From assembly GCA_964016885.1 (NCBI GenBank), contig OZ024743.1, forward strand, positions 202,182,001-202,246,000: a stretch of 64,000 nt of DNA. Direction: 5' to 3'. Origin of the DNA: Eledone cirrhosa. Its lineage: Eukaryota. Positions 1 through 12,819 of this stretch are shown piece after piece; positions within the stretch are counted from its first letter, which is position 1; every line of letters starts with the position of its first letter. A program made the position numbers and the translations under genes. The notes below the pieces were generated by a model that had not been told where the DNA came from, searched no databases, and saw only the letters and a list, made by a program, of their open reading frames with translations.

Positions 1-625
1 GATACGGAAAATATTATATGTTTCTTGAAACATATATTTACTTTGATCCCCTTCTCCAAACCCCCCCTTTCCCCCATACTATTATCATCTGTATTTGTAA
101 GCATCTATGTATGAATATATATGTAGGTAGGTGTCTATATAGGTTTGGGTATTTATATCTAAATATAAAAATACATATATGAGCATGCAAATATGAATGT
201 AAGATCGTGTGTGTATATATGATTGTACATACATATGTATGTATATATATGTATATATATGCATTATATATGTATGTGTATGTGAATGTGTTGTATGTAT
301 ATGTCTATGTATGTGTATATATGTGTATGTATGTGTATGCTTGTATATATAGGAATATATATATGTATATATATGTATGTATATGTATATGCGTGTATGT
401 ATGTGTATGTGTGTTGTGTGTATATATATGTATGTCTCTCTATTTATATGTTTATCTTCGTATCTATGTGATATATGTGTGTGTGTGTGCACGTATGCAT
501 ATGTATGTGTTTGTGTGTGTTTGTATGTGTGTGTGTATATATGTGTATGTGTGCACACACACATACACATATATATATATATATATGTGAGTGTGTATGT
601 GTGTCTGTGTGTGTGTGTGTGTGTG

Positions 626-656
<31 letters not shown>

Positions 657-981
657 GTGTATATATATATATAGATATATATATATATATATATATAGGT
701 GTCTATGTGTGAATATATGTCTTTTTTCGTATGTGTGTATTTATGTATGTATATATTTATGTGTATGTATGTATGTGTATGTATGTATGTGTATATATAT
801 ATATATATATATGTATATGTATATATATATATGTATATTATTCTTTATTATTATAATATAACTTATGTGTATATGTGTATAAGTGAGGTTGTGTATGTAT
901 ATATAATATGTGTATATATAAGAGTAATAAAATATATATATATATATATATATATGTGCATGTCTGTTTTTTATGTGTGTG

Positions 982-1017
<36 letters not shown>

Positions 1018-1153
1018 TGTGTACGTGTGTGTATATAGATATATATATATATATATACATGTGGGTGTTTGTATGTGTATTTATGGTGGTATGAGTGTGG
1101 GGATATATATGTTTTTATATATATATATATATATATATATGTGTATGAGTCTA

Positions 1154-1202
<49 letters not shown>

Positions 1203-1526
1203 GTGTGTGTATGTGTGTGTGTGTATATATATATATATGTGTATGTATGTGTGTATATATATATATCTCTATTAATGCGTGTGTGTATGTATATACATGT
1301 GCCTTTTTATTATTATTTTTATTTGTATGTCTGAGTTTGGTGAGGTTGTATTATTTTTTATGTATATACACATATATGGAAGCGTATGTATTTATATATA
1401 TGAGTATAAGTAGGTGCATATGTATGTATGATTATATATCTAATTCTATGTATGAAGGTACATCTATATATATATATATACGTGTGTATGTAAGTTGTGT
1501 GTGTATGTATCTATATGTCTATGTGA

Positions 1527-1566
<40 letters not shown>

Positions 1567-1655
1567 CGATGTGCATATATGTATGTACATGTATGTACAT
1601 GTATGTGTGTATGTATGTGTATGTATATTTAGATGTATGTGTATGTGTGTGTATA

Positions 1656-1714
<59 letters not shown>

Positions 1715-2881
1715 ATATATATATATATATGGATATATATCTTTATTATCTATTTTTTATATATATGTGTATGTGTGTTTGTGTTGCGCGTGTGTGTGTG
1801 TATATATATATATATCTTTTTTTATATGTGTATGTGTATGTTCGTGTAAGTGTATGTGTGTGTATGACTGTATATGTATGTGTGTATGTGTGTATGCGTA
1901 AATATCTCTATGTGCGCGTACATGTATGTATGTGTATATATATCTGTATGTGTATGTATATTATTTTATATTTATTATACTTTATTGTTTTATTTTTTTA
2001 TTTTTCTTAATTTATAGATACATTTATATTAGGCAGTCTGCTCAGACAATTGAATACTGACCCCTCCCCCCCCTCCCACCTAATTTCTGTATCTTGATCT
2101 TGAAATGTGTGTGCCAGTGTTTTATGTGAGTGATTTAATTTCTATGTGCTTATGATTTTATATCCACATATATAAATGTGAGTGGGGGAGTGTGTGTGTT
2201 TGTATGTTCGTGGTTATGTGTATATTTATGCATATACGCGCATGTATGTGTGATTATACTGATATGTGTGAGTATGAAAAAATATATTTATATGCTTGAC
2301 TCCATAAGTATCAATGCGCATCTTATCAGCGCATTAAGCTTACGGAGATATTAACCTTGAAATTTTGTGTTTGCATCCATCTTTTTAGTATGCGTATACA
2401 AATTATACACACATTTTTGTAAAATATGTGTAAGGATTTTACATGTATATACACACACCGAACTGCTTTTAACCCTTTGTGTTTTCATTGGTCAATTTTG
2501 AACTGATATTTTGAATTGTTGTTATTATCAATAAATATACTTCATTATTTCTGAAGACGGCGTATATATGTGTTAGGTATGTATATTTAATCTTGATAAT
2601 TTGTATAATTTTGTATAATTTTGTACATAGATCTGTTGAATATGCATACCAATTATAACACATATATACCCTAGAAACGATCGTTAAATAATGAACTTTT
2701 TTTGTTTAATATAAGGAATTGTTTTATTCATTATTTGTTTAATATTTTATCTTGACTCTGTATACCGTTTATCTTTCACCGAAAGTGGATTTTCATTACA
2801 TCTCTTCTTTCCATGATATCCGGAATACATTGAGTTCTTCATACGGATTGGACACTACCGTAAACTCTTGGTAGATTTATC

Positions 2882-2884
<3 letters not shown>
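1..2884 (+). mobile_element. Penelope-like terminal repeat, family C: internal TA/TG array, hammerhead and 3' tail (5' part outside window)
   Basis: 2010-2730 aligns with 63270-64000. Unique islands in the repeat array match 62155-63200. Hammerhead at 2541-2695, tail stem-loop at 2755-2835, then (TA)n. Confidence 0.7.
2541..2695 (+). ncRNA. Type I hammerhead ribozyme, family C, with very long stem II
   Basis: Stem I TTCATTATTT/AAATAATGAA (10 bp); core CTGAAGA 2551-2557; long stem II (TATATGTGTTA/TAACACATATA, GGTATGTATATT/AATATGCATACC); GAAA-C-GATC-G-TT; predicted cleavage after 2685. Confidence 0.8.
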
Positions 2885-2947
<63 letters not shown>

Positions 2948-4367
2948 CGTGTCAGAGTATACATGTGTGTGTGTATATATATATGTATATACATATACAT
3001 ATATTACATGCTGCTACCGTAATTACACCGTAAATTGCTTTAACGTGAACATATACATATATATATATCCAGAAAAATCTCAAGCTACCCACAAACTCAG
3101 GCAAACGCAATCTATACACCTATATTCTTTCCCACTCACCTGAATCACAACCCACAATGAAAAGTAAACATCTCACATCGCCTTCTAAACAATTTCTTAA
3201 ACTTTCTAGCTAATCAACTACCAATATGCACCAATATGCAGCAATAACTGGTAGAGCGATAACAGATTTCATCAATGTTCTAACCCCGTTTTACGTAGAT
3301 TCTATAATAAACTGAATTGAAAACAATCCTATTGCTTATTTGGTTATACACCACACATAATCACTGTAAACATGAGAACTAATCCCCGACTACTTACCCG
3401 CAACGAACATGATCCAACATTCTGACATTCAATGAAATACACCAACAGGTTAATAACCATAATCTAATGCAAGCAAACCTAAACCCTAGAATCACCGAAT
3501 AATCTAACTACTCGCTTAATGATATGAAACTATGTAATCACCAATTAGCCCAATCCAAACACTTACATACTTAACGAACCGGTGTTCCTGATTACATTAA
3601 GCTACAGACCAATCAAATTAATGAATAATTAAACTCGTATATACAGGCTGTCCCCCCATTTACTAGAATGCTGCTGAAGTGTGTATATATATTTTTGGGA
3701 CATCCTTTATATTACAGTTATAAAACGATACCACCCCTTATTAACAAATCATGCAAACAAATTATAATAATAACTACAAACAGGATTTGAAACCAAAATA
3801 GATTAACGTGAATCAGATTAACCAAAAATAGATTAATGATAAATGAAGGAAAGAGATAATCAAAAACCTATAACAATCCAAATCTGAAATTAGAAAGATT
3901 GACATAACACAATTAAAAAGGCTAAATGAAGGTTCCTGAAATATTATCTCTCCCGAAATAACTTGTGTAGTACAGTCCAACGATTAATCTAGCATCGACA
4001 ATAATTGAGACAGTTGACTGGTAATTTCAGACATCCCCCCCCCCAGAAGCTAGGAGCTTTAGATCTACCTGGTTTTATCTACCACAGCAAGTCGTCTACC
4101 CAAGCATTACATATATAGCCATAGACACATGCATACATAAATACATAAATAAATACATAATACGTAGGTACAAACATACATATTTAGGTACATGAGTACA
4201 TACATACATTCATACGTACATACATATATTCATAAATATGTAGGTACATGCGTACATACATACATTGATACGTACATACATATATTCATACATATATACA
4301 TTCATACGTATACATATACATATATATATATGTAGAAATATATATATATATATATATATACACATAC

Positions 4368-4455
4368 CGCCTTCTGAGTTCAAATCCGCCGAGGTTAACT
4401 TTGCCTTACATCCTTAAGAGGTCGATTAAATAAAGTACCAGTGATGCTCTGGGTT
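4368..4455 (+). mobile_element. Partial tRNA-derived SINE (B box plus core)
   Basis: GAGTTCAAATCCGCCGAGGTTAACTTTGCCTTACATCC...GTCGAT...AAAGTACCAGT, homologous to the full copy at 45179-45368. Confidence 0.7.
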
Positions 4456-4556
4456 AATCGCTTGCCTTCTGCCAAAATTAGAACTATATATATATATCGT
4501 TTCTGAATTTGTTTAGCAAGATTCTTTATCTGAAAACATGTGTTGAAACCGATATT

Positions 4557-4646
4557 GTTATACTTTGGGAGGGTCATGTCGCCAATAAGAAACATACGCA
4601 CACGGGTACGTGTGTTTCTTATTGGCAACACGACCCTTCCAAAGTA

Positions 4647-4650
<4 letters not shown>
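4557..4650. repeat. About 94-bp near-perfect palindrome (second copy 5880-5973; related arm end at 16907-16928)
   Basis: GTTATACTTTGGGAGGGTCATGTCGCCAATAAGAAACA...TGTTTCTTATTGGCAACACGACCCTTCCAAAGTATAAC, followed by (TA)n. Confidence 0.85.
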
Positions 4651-4676
<26 letters not shown>

Positions 4677-4677
<1 letters not shown>

Positions 4678-5090
4678 TCAGTTATTAGGAGTATTCCAAA
4701 GCTTGGTAGAACAAGTTGTGAGAAAAGTTCTCAACATACGTTAAGGTGACTCGACAGGTTGGTAGGGATTCTGTAGTGGAAACACGAACAAACGAGGAGT
4801 GTAATCAAAGAAGAGAAATAGGACGAAGGTAAACAATTATAAAATAATTTAATCCACGTATTTACAATTGTTTCATCAGAATTTCAGTCCATTATTGCTA
4901 CACTATGTTATAATAGACAATCAAGAAAGATACTGTGGCATCCGAATTTTCAAAATACAAAGTTGGAATGACCTTGATTGCCTATTATAACATAGTGTAG
5001 CAATAATGGACTGAAATTCTGATGAAACAATTGTAAATACGTGGATTAAATTCTTTTGTAATTGTTTACCTTCGTCCTATTTCTCTTCTT

Positions 5091-5094
<4 letters not shown>
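4677..5094 (-). mobile_element. Fold-back PLE remnant, family D
   Basis: Inverted arms 4805-4925 and 4973-5094, extra tail 4677-4804, (TA)n on both sides; absent from the paralogous site at about 5974-6024. Confidence 0.75.
4858..4958 (-). ncRNA. Type I hammerhead ribozyme, family D, U3-A8 core variant
   Basis: Minus strand GTATT-TTGAAAA-TTCGGA...TCTGAT-GAAA-C-AATT-G-TA-AATAC: stem I GTATT/AATAC, palindromic loop III, GUA cleavage triplet. Confidence 0.7.
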
Positions 5095-5142
<48 letters not shown>

Positions 5143-5379
5143 TATGTATGTATGTATATATAGATAGATAGATATTATTAAGAGTGATACTCTGGAGTTT
5201 CAACTGATTCTCACAGGTTTATTTTATATACATCAAGTTATTTAAATCATACACAAAACGCTAGCACCAACAGTTTTGCAAGAGATGTCAACATGAATGG
5301 ACCTGTTATTTTTTATCTAAAGACATTTTTTCCAATTCCAACCCGTTCGTCCCCTCAATCTATCTTATCTCTCATTCTT

Positions 5380-5415
5380 TCTTTTGATGAAGGACTAGCT
5401 TCCGAAACGTTAAGA
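5380..5415 (+). ncRNA. Minimal hammerhead motif, family E (copies at 6265-6300 and truncated at 5746-5779)
   Basis: TCTT-TTGATGA-A-GGA-CTAGCT-TCC-GAAACGTT-AAGA. Stem III is reduced to the palindrome AACGTT, as in dimeric PLE hammerheads; position 3 is U, not C. Confidence 0.6.
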
Positions 5416-5521
5416 CCCTCTTCCTGTTATATGAAGCGTTAACCTAATATATACCTTCCATATACTGTACCGATTGTGTTGTTATTTCTGTTTACCTTTT
5501 ACATACACACAGACACACACA

Positions 5522-5650
<129 letters not shown>

Positions 5651-5969
5651 ATCAACGCTTACGTGGACCTCTCAAAATTCGTTGGATTTTCTGACTGGAC
5701 TTTCACCTCGAAACTGGATACCAACCTATCTTATCTCTCATTCTTTCTTTTGATGAAGGACTAGCTTCCGAAACGTTAATCGCTTGCCTTCTGCCAAAAT
5801 TAGAACTATATATATCATATCGTTTCTGAATTTGTTAAGCAAGATTCTTTATCTGAAAACGTGTGTTGAAACCGATATTGTTATACTTTGGGAGGGTCAT
5901 TTTGCCAATAAGAAACACACGCACACGGGTGCGTGTGTTTCCTATTGGCAACATGACCCTCCCAAAGTA

Positions 5970-6028
<59 letters not shown>

Positions 6029-6871
6029 TATGTATGTATGTATATATAGATAGATAGATATTATTAAGAGTGATACTCTGGAGTTTCAACTGATTCTCAC
6101 AGGTTTATTTTATATACATCGGGTTATTTAAATCATACACAAAACGCTAGCACCAACAGTTTTGCAAGCGATGTCAACATGAATGGACCTGTTATTTTTA
6201 TCTAAAGACATTTTTTCCAATTCCAACCCGTCCGTCCCCTCAATCTATCTTATCTCTCATTCTTTCTTTTGATGAAGGACTAGCTTCCGAAACGTTAAGA
6301 CCCTCTTCCTGTTATATCAAGCGTTAACCTAATATATCCCTTCCATATACTGTACCGATTGTGTTGTTATTTCTGTTTACCTTTTACATACACACAGACA
6401 CAAACACACACACACACACACATGTGTTTTATATTTTACTCATAATTCGGCCGGAGAATTATATTCCCATTTGCCCTTTATAGCATAACTTTCTGCATTT
6501 ACTGCGGTTATGAGAAGCGGTTCTTATTCGGGTACAACTTCTGATTTAGCCTAAGAAAATATCTATATGCGTGTGTAATTTTATACAAGCATATATTATT
6601 TTTTTATTTTCAATTGAGTTCTTAAACACGTTGGATTGATAATGTTTTCATAAAAACTAATTAACCCGCGTGTATATTATTATTTTTTTTCCTCATTTCG
6701 TGGATCGTGGGTTGTCTCCCCTTCCCGCTTCGTGTCGCTACGATACTTCCTCAGTAAAAAACTGCTGGAATTTCAAATTTAGCGGTCATTCGAGGTGAGA
6801 GAGAACAACTTTACGGACACGATTTTTAACAGCGGTAAGAAATTGTTTTCTTATATCGATGTTTAACGGGC

Positions 6872-6996
6872 TTCCACTGATGATATATAAGTTCCCACCT
6901 AAATATACTCTTACATGAATATATATTAGGCTTCTACATAAATTGGAAACATTCTCCCAACTTGTAGAAAACTTATAATGAAACAATTGTTTGGAA
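6872..6996 (+). ncRNA. Type I hammerhead ribozyme, family J, with branched stem II
   Basis: TTCCA-CTGATGA-TATATAAGTT...AACTTATAAT-GAAA-C-AATT-G-TT-TGGAA; two sub-hairpins in loop II (CCTAA..TTAGG, TTCTACA..TGTAGAA); tail to about 7176, then (TA)n. Confidence 0.8.
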
Positions 6997-7176
6997 AGAG
7001 AGATATACTTTAACTTTAATTATATCTCATAAAATAATACAACTGGTTTTTCCACATTATACATATTGTTAGCATCCCAAAACACTTAAATTGGGTTTAT
7101 ATTTTAATATAACCTAATGTTTGTTGAGTGAGATGGTTACCAGTCATAGTTTAGCTTTAAACTATCTCTGTTATTG

Positions 7177-7228
<52 letters not shown>

Positions 7229-7361
7229 ACGCTTACGTGGACCTCTCAAAATTCGTTGGATTTTCTGATTGGACTTTCACCTTGAAACTGGATACCAACC
7301 TGGAGTACACCTGAACATCCACCAGGAAATCTTTCGTATCTTTGAAATTGTCTTTGCTTCT

Positions 7362-7430
<69 letters not shown>

Positions 7431-8063
7431 AACATTTATTTGCTGACAATTATTTCTTCCAGAGGGAGGTCTGGATTCATCGGAGCATATGAAATGTCGA
7501 AACATGTTACTAAATTCCTAGGCATTTAGAACATTTAGGGTACTTAATTGTTGTTAGTGTCAAAGGTAACACGTGAAGAGTTAAAAATATGTTATGCTTG
7601 AAAGAACACAATTAGAGGCAGCACTGGTTGAAAGTGTAAGATGTATAAGTGAGAAGCACAAGCAAAAGAATATACAGTAAAAAAATAGGGAAAAAAATAT
7701 ATAGGCAACAAGTTATAAGCAAGGAAAATTGGTGTACAATGAAGGAGACAATGCAGTCAATAAGGCATGTATGAGGAAAGAGTTATAATGCAGTTATTAT
7801 ATATATATATATAAAGGATGAGTATTTAAACTTTATTTTATTCAGAGTTAAGGCTCTATTGATTTTTTCCTGGATTTCACAAAATATTATGGACAAATCT
7901 ATGTCTTGATTTTTTTTTTATTGAGTTTGAATTATTTTCCCACATCTTACGTTAATTATTTTCCATTTTGACGTTATAGTCACTTATATATTATGAAATG
8001 CTGTTGGCTTCACGCTCACAATAATTTCTATACTTTCATTTATATATATATATATATATATAT

Positions 8064-8260
8064 AACAGAGGAATAGTGGTAAGGAACCAGATGGACCATA
8101 ACGCACCAGAGTACTCAATACTTAGGGTAGTAGAGTGGGAAATAGGAAAAAGTACGACCCCGACGGCAGAGCTCAAGCCGTTTCGATGGCTATTTCTGGA
8201 CTCCAGAAATAGCCGTCGAAACAGCTTGAGCTCTGCCGTCGGGGCCATACTTTTTCCTAT
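8064..8260 (-). mobile_element. Small fold-back of PLE family A 3' end
   Basis: Tail plus the 3' half of the hammerhead on minus; turns at TATTTCTGGA-C-TCCAGAAATA; inverted arm ends at TTCCTAT; (TA)n flanks. Confidence 0.85.
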
Positions 8261-8262
8261 AT

Positions 8263-8309
<47 letters not shown>

Positions 8310-8853
8310 TATATATCTGTATATATTTATATATATATATATATAATAAACCGATGATATCGTGAAACTCCAGAGTAACAAGGCGCACTATTTACCTCTA
8401 ATAAGATGAATATTTAAACTCAACGTCGGTATTGAGTATTCTTATCTCTTCGTCATTAATTACGTACGAATATATAGACAAATATATCATCATCTCCAAA
8501 TCATTTTGGCAACCATGAATTCTAGTCCCACGAATGTTATTGATATAAATACACACACACAGACACACACACATACATACAGACACACAGACACACTCAC
8601 TCACACACAGACTTATATATATTTACTCCGAGAATAGATACGTAGTAGTGGTTGGGTAAACTATATCAGAACTTAACCAAACCATTATGTGAATTATGGA
8701 TTTTCTTTGTATATATATACATATATATATACCTACATAAATACACATATATTTCCAAATATATACATATTGGTGTGTGTGCGTGTGGCTGTTTTTATGT
8801 GTTCAATATGTGTGTGTATATTTATGTATCTCTCTCGCACGTTCTCTTTCACT

Positions 8854-8898
<45 letters not shown>

Positions 8899-8939
8899 CG
8901 TAGATACATATATACACACATGCTCATATATATATATAA

Positions 8940-8981
<42 letters not shown>

Positions 8982-8984
8982 GAT

Positions 8985-9041
<57 letters not shown>

Positions 9042-9172
9042 ATGAATATATAAAAACAAGAATATATAAAAAACATGAGAAGAAAGAATACTGAGTGGTT
9101 GCACATGAGTTACATATGATAAAAATAGTCCTTCGTCAGTGATTTTCCAACCTTCATTGGTATTTCATCGAA

Positions 9173-10593
9173 GAACGAGTAGGACCCCGACGGTTAAGCT
9201 CAAGCCGTTTCGAAGGCTAATTCGGGACTAAATGAACATTTTTATCCTGGTAAATGAATAGCCGAGCTTCTCAGGGGTAATATTCCATATATGCTAAAAG
9301 TGATTGTCGCAAGGATTGGTCAAAAGTTTGTTGTTGAGACACATAATTCTATCATGGCATTTTGTGGAAGGAAGAGGTAGCTGAACTTGCCAGTAGAAGA
9401 AAGAGGGAATGGAGGAAACCCAGTCGTACGTTGAAAGTGACGACTACAGCAGAATCCTAAGGATAAGAGGTCAAGAGGGGGAGGGGGAGTAGAAACAATA
9501 AGTAGATCTATATGGCGTAAATCTATATAGAAAAATAAGAATGTTAAAAATATAAAAAAAACACAATTTCTGGTTACTATTCCCCTACCACAATCATCAA
9601 ATCTCTCACTGGTACTGCTAAACTATAGAAAAGTTCAATAGGTGGGGCGGGATACTAAATACGAGATTGTAGTGAAAGAATTTTATGAGTTAGTAGTACT
9701 CGGCCTAATCTATCTTACAGGTCAACAATTAGGGGGCAAAAATACTAAAAAAAAAAACCTAATACGAAATAATAATTCAGAGACCCGAATATAATACGAA
9801 ATATTAATTCAGAATCCCGAAAATGAATACTAATACGATATATAAGAGTACCGCTAGAATACATAAATTCTAATGCAAACTACATAAACGCTCGTACGAT
9901 ATATAAGAGAAAATTAATACGAAAAATTAATGCAGAATCCCCACGCCCCCCACCCCCCAAAAGAAAAAATAAATACTGATATACGAGAAACTAAATCAGA
10001 GATACCACTATGAAATCAGGAAATCACGGAAATGGGGCAGCAATCAGATAAGAAAGCAAGTATCTGGGGTCTAGCACATCTGCTATAAAAAGCGGTAATA
10101 GTAACCAGAAATTGTGTTTTTTTATATTTTTAACATTCTTATTTTTCTATATAGATTCACTCCATATAGATCTACTTATTGTTTCTACTCCCCCTCCCCC
10201 TCTTGACCTCTTATCCTTAGGATTCTGCTGTAGTCGTCACTTTCAACGCACCACTGGGTTTTCTCCACTCCCTCTCCCTCTTTGTTCTACTGGCAAATTC
10301 AGCTACCCCTTCCTTCCACAAAATGCCATGATAGAATTATGTGTCTCAACAACAAACATTTGACCAATCCTTGCGACAATCACTTTTACCATATATGGAA
10401 TATTACCCCCTGAGAAGCTCGGCTATTCATTTACCAGGTTAAAAATGTTCATTTAGTCCAGAATTAGCCGTCGAAACGGCTTGAGCTCAGCCGTCAGGGT
10501 CCTACTCGTTCCTATTCCCCACTCTACTACCCTAAGTATTGAGTACTTTGGTGCGTTATGGTCCATCTGGTTCTTTACCACATTTCCTTCGTT
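9173..10593 (+). mobile_element. Non-coding fold-back of PLE family A terminal repeat
   Basis: 9173-9582 is the inverse of 10097-10511; tail 10512-10593 on the right arm only; homologous to 31380-32413. Confidence 0.85.
10405..10500 (+). ncRNA. Type I hammerhead motif, family A, CTGAGAA core (similar copies 9184-9278 minus, 17144-17240 minus, 19023-19118 plus)
   Basis: ACCCC-CTGAGAA-GCTCGGCTA...TAGCCGTC-GAAA-CGGC-TTGAGCTCA-GCCG-TC-AGGGT. Confidence 0.65.
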
Positions 10594-10778
10594 ATATATC
10601 TATCTATCTATCTATCTCCGGATGGCATAGACGTGCTTCACATCGGCTCCGCGATTATTGAAGATATTATGTGTTAACAGTAAGTGTTTGTCTGTATTCT
10701 TGCGTTATTGTGTTAATTAACCCCCTTGCCTGGGTCATGGGACATTAGGGTTAATTTATTTCACCCCTTTTGTTGTGA

Positions 10779-12791
10779 AATGTTTCATCCTAAAAATCTT
10801 ACAATTGTCTCTACGGTAGTGGTAATGGAAGCCATTACCACAGGTAACGATGACACGCCCACTAAACAAACTGAAGGAGAGCGGGTAGCTGAGGCAACAA
10901 GCCACCCTACTGAAAGAATAATGATTATTAGAAACATTTAAAAAATGGAACCTAACCCTAATGAAAAAATGTGAACAAAATTAACTCGGAGAAATTTCCA
11001 AAATTAATGGATGACGTTTCGACTTTTCACGGCACCACGCCCACCAGCAAAGGTGAAAGAGAAGTAGTAGCTGTGACTACAAGTCTCTCGGATAATGAAA
11101 ATATCAGTGAAGATTTTGAAAATATGGAGTCTAACCCCAAAGAAAAAAAAATGTGAACGAATACACCAACATAAATAACACAAACACAACAAAAACAACT
11201 TTTGCACAGACAACAAAAAAAATCTATCATATATACACCTATAGACTTAACTGCCGCCAGAGAGAAACTGGCAGAAGCAAAAAAGCACATAGTCTTGGGG
11301 GAGAACGGAATGTTTTCCATTAATCCCCCCCCCCCGAATTCAAGAAAACGAGACTAGAAAACACTATTCTGTTTAGAACAGTCCTAAACAACACAAGAAA
11401 GCCAGCATAGCCCAGCCAAATGGAGATCGAGTTGTTCCTAAAAGACCATATGAAGAATATTCTCTTCATACGAAAGGACCGACTCTATGGCAGTATTTCT
11501 GTCTTAACAAAAGACAAGGAAACAGCACAGAGGCTTTCCCTAAGCCCACTCCTACATGGGTAGAAGAACTCAAAGAGTCAAAATATAGACAATGCTGCCC
11601 ACAATGGACTTCTGGTGGGCTATTGCTGGCTTCATAGACATGGGCGAGGACACAGTGCTGTCAATGGGGAAGGCATCTGGAGATGCGTTCCTGGGAATGG
11701 GCCTCGACCTACTAGTTCAAATGAGGCTCGAAAGAATAACGCAAATCCCGGATCGCATCTAGCTGGATGACCTCACCCCAATATATATAATTGTAGAGGG
11801 GAGAAGACCAGCATGCTATTCATGCACGGAAAGGGGACACGTTAAGGCTAACTGCCCAAATCGTATCCCCCAAAACGGACTATTGCCCACACCCACCACA
11901 AACAGTACACCAACACCACCCACCTCCAAAAATACACTAATACCACACACAGCAAACAAAATACAGACACCACCAACCACAAGCACAACACAAACATCAC
12001 CACCACCAGCACCAAACACAAGCACAACACAAAAATCACCACCACCATCACCAACCACAACACAAACATCACCACCACCATCACCAACCACAAGCACGAC
12101 ACAAACATCACCACCACCACCACAAAACACATTCCAAACAAATAATAAAAAAAACACAACAAATCTACCCCTCCCGCAAAAAAAAACAAACAGACACCAC
12201 GTCCCTCCCACCTAGCGCTGAAGAGTTTCCCCCAACTTCTGAAGAAGAAGGAGGAGAAGCCTTCAGACAAGTTAAAAGAAAAAAACGAAAGCACACACCC
12301 AGCACACCACAACAACAAATAACCCACACACAAACACCAACTCCAATCAAAAACACCCCACCCTCGCCAAACAAAAATAAATCTGCGCCTCCCCACTTCG
12401 GAACATTGACAAAATCACAAAAAAAGACTTTACAATACACATATATAAATAAAGAAAACAAAAAACTGTTTAAATTAATAAACAATACCCCTTTGGTGCA
12501 GACCGAAGGGCCAAACTTTATCTCAACAGAGAACTTCACCCATTTAAAAATGATAAAGGTCCCTCTGGACCTTTATCGTTCCTTAAAAGAACAATTTAAA
12601 CAGGACGTGAACCCCCCCTGTTTAAAACCGTTAAATCGCGTCCTCTTGAAAGATTTCCCCATAACCTCCCCTCTCCCTGACACAACTTCAAATACCCCAC
12701 CCCACCACACTCGGATACCCCACACCACCACAAAACATTCCTCCACCCAACACACCCGACCCCATGGAAATTACACAACCCGGAGAGGTAG
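10779..12791 (+). pseudogene. Tx1 ORF1 (gag-like zinc-knuckle protein), disrupted
   Basis: Stops and frameshifts; shares VEGRRP-knuckle and YRSLKE.F..DV...C.KPLNRVLLK with ORF1 of the second element; internal duplication 10850-10975 vs 11030-11160; start coordinate approximate. Confidence 0.75.
11970..12125 (+). repeat. Thr/Pro-coding minisatellite in Tx1 ORF1
   Basis: About four units of ACACAAACATCACCACCACCA (TTQTSPPP). Confidence 0.8.
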
Positions 12792-12819
12792 GTGCTTTTG
12801 TTTCTTCACTTTCAACACC

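Noticed and set aside
3922-3948. Hammerhead-like CTAAATGA-AGG-TT-CCT-GAAATATT
   Set aside because: Core altered and no convincing stem I; at most a decayed copy.
7435-8375. Partial hammerheads GTC-GAAACATGTT (7495) and CCGATGA..GAAACTCCAGAGTA (8351)
   Set aside because: Core or stem I missing, so not called, although the second is followed by the bulged tail hairpin.
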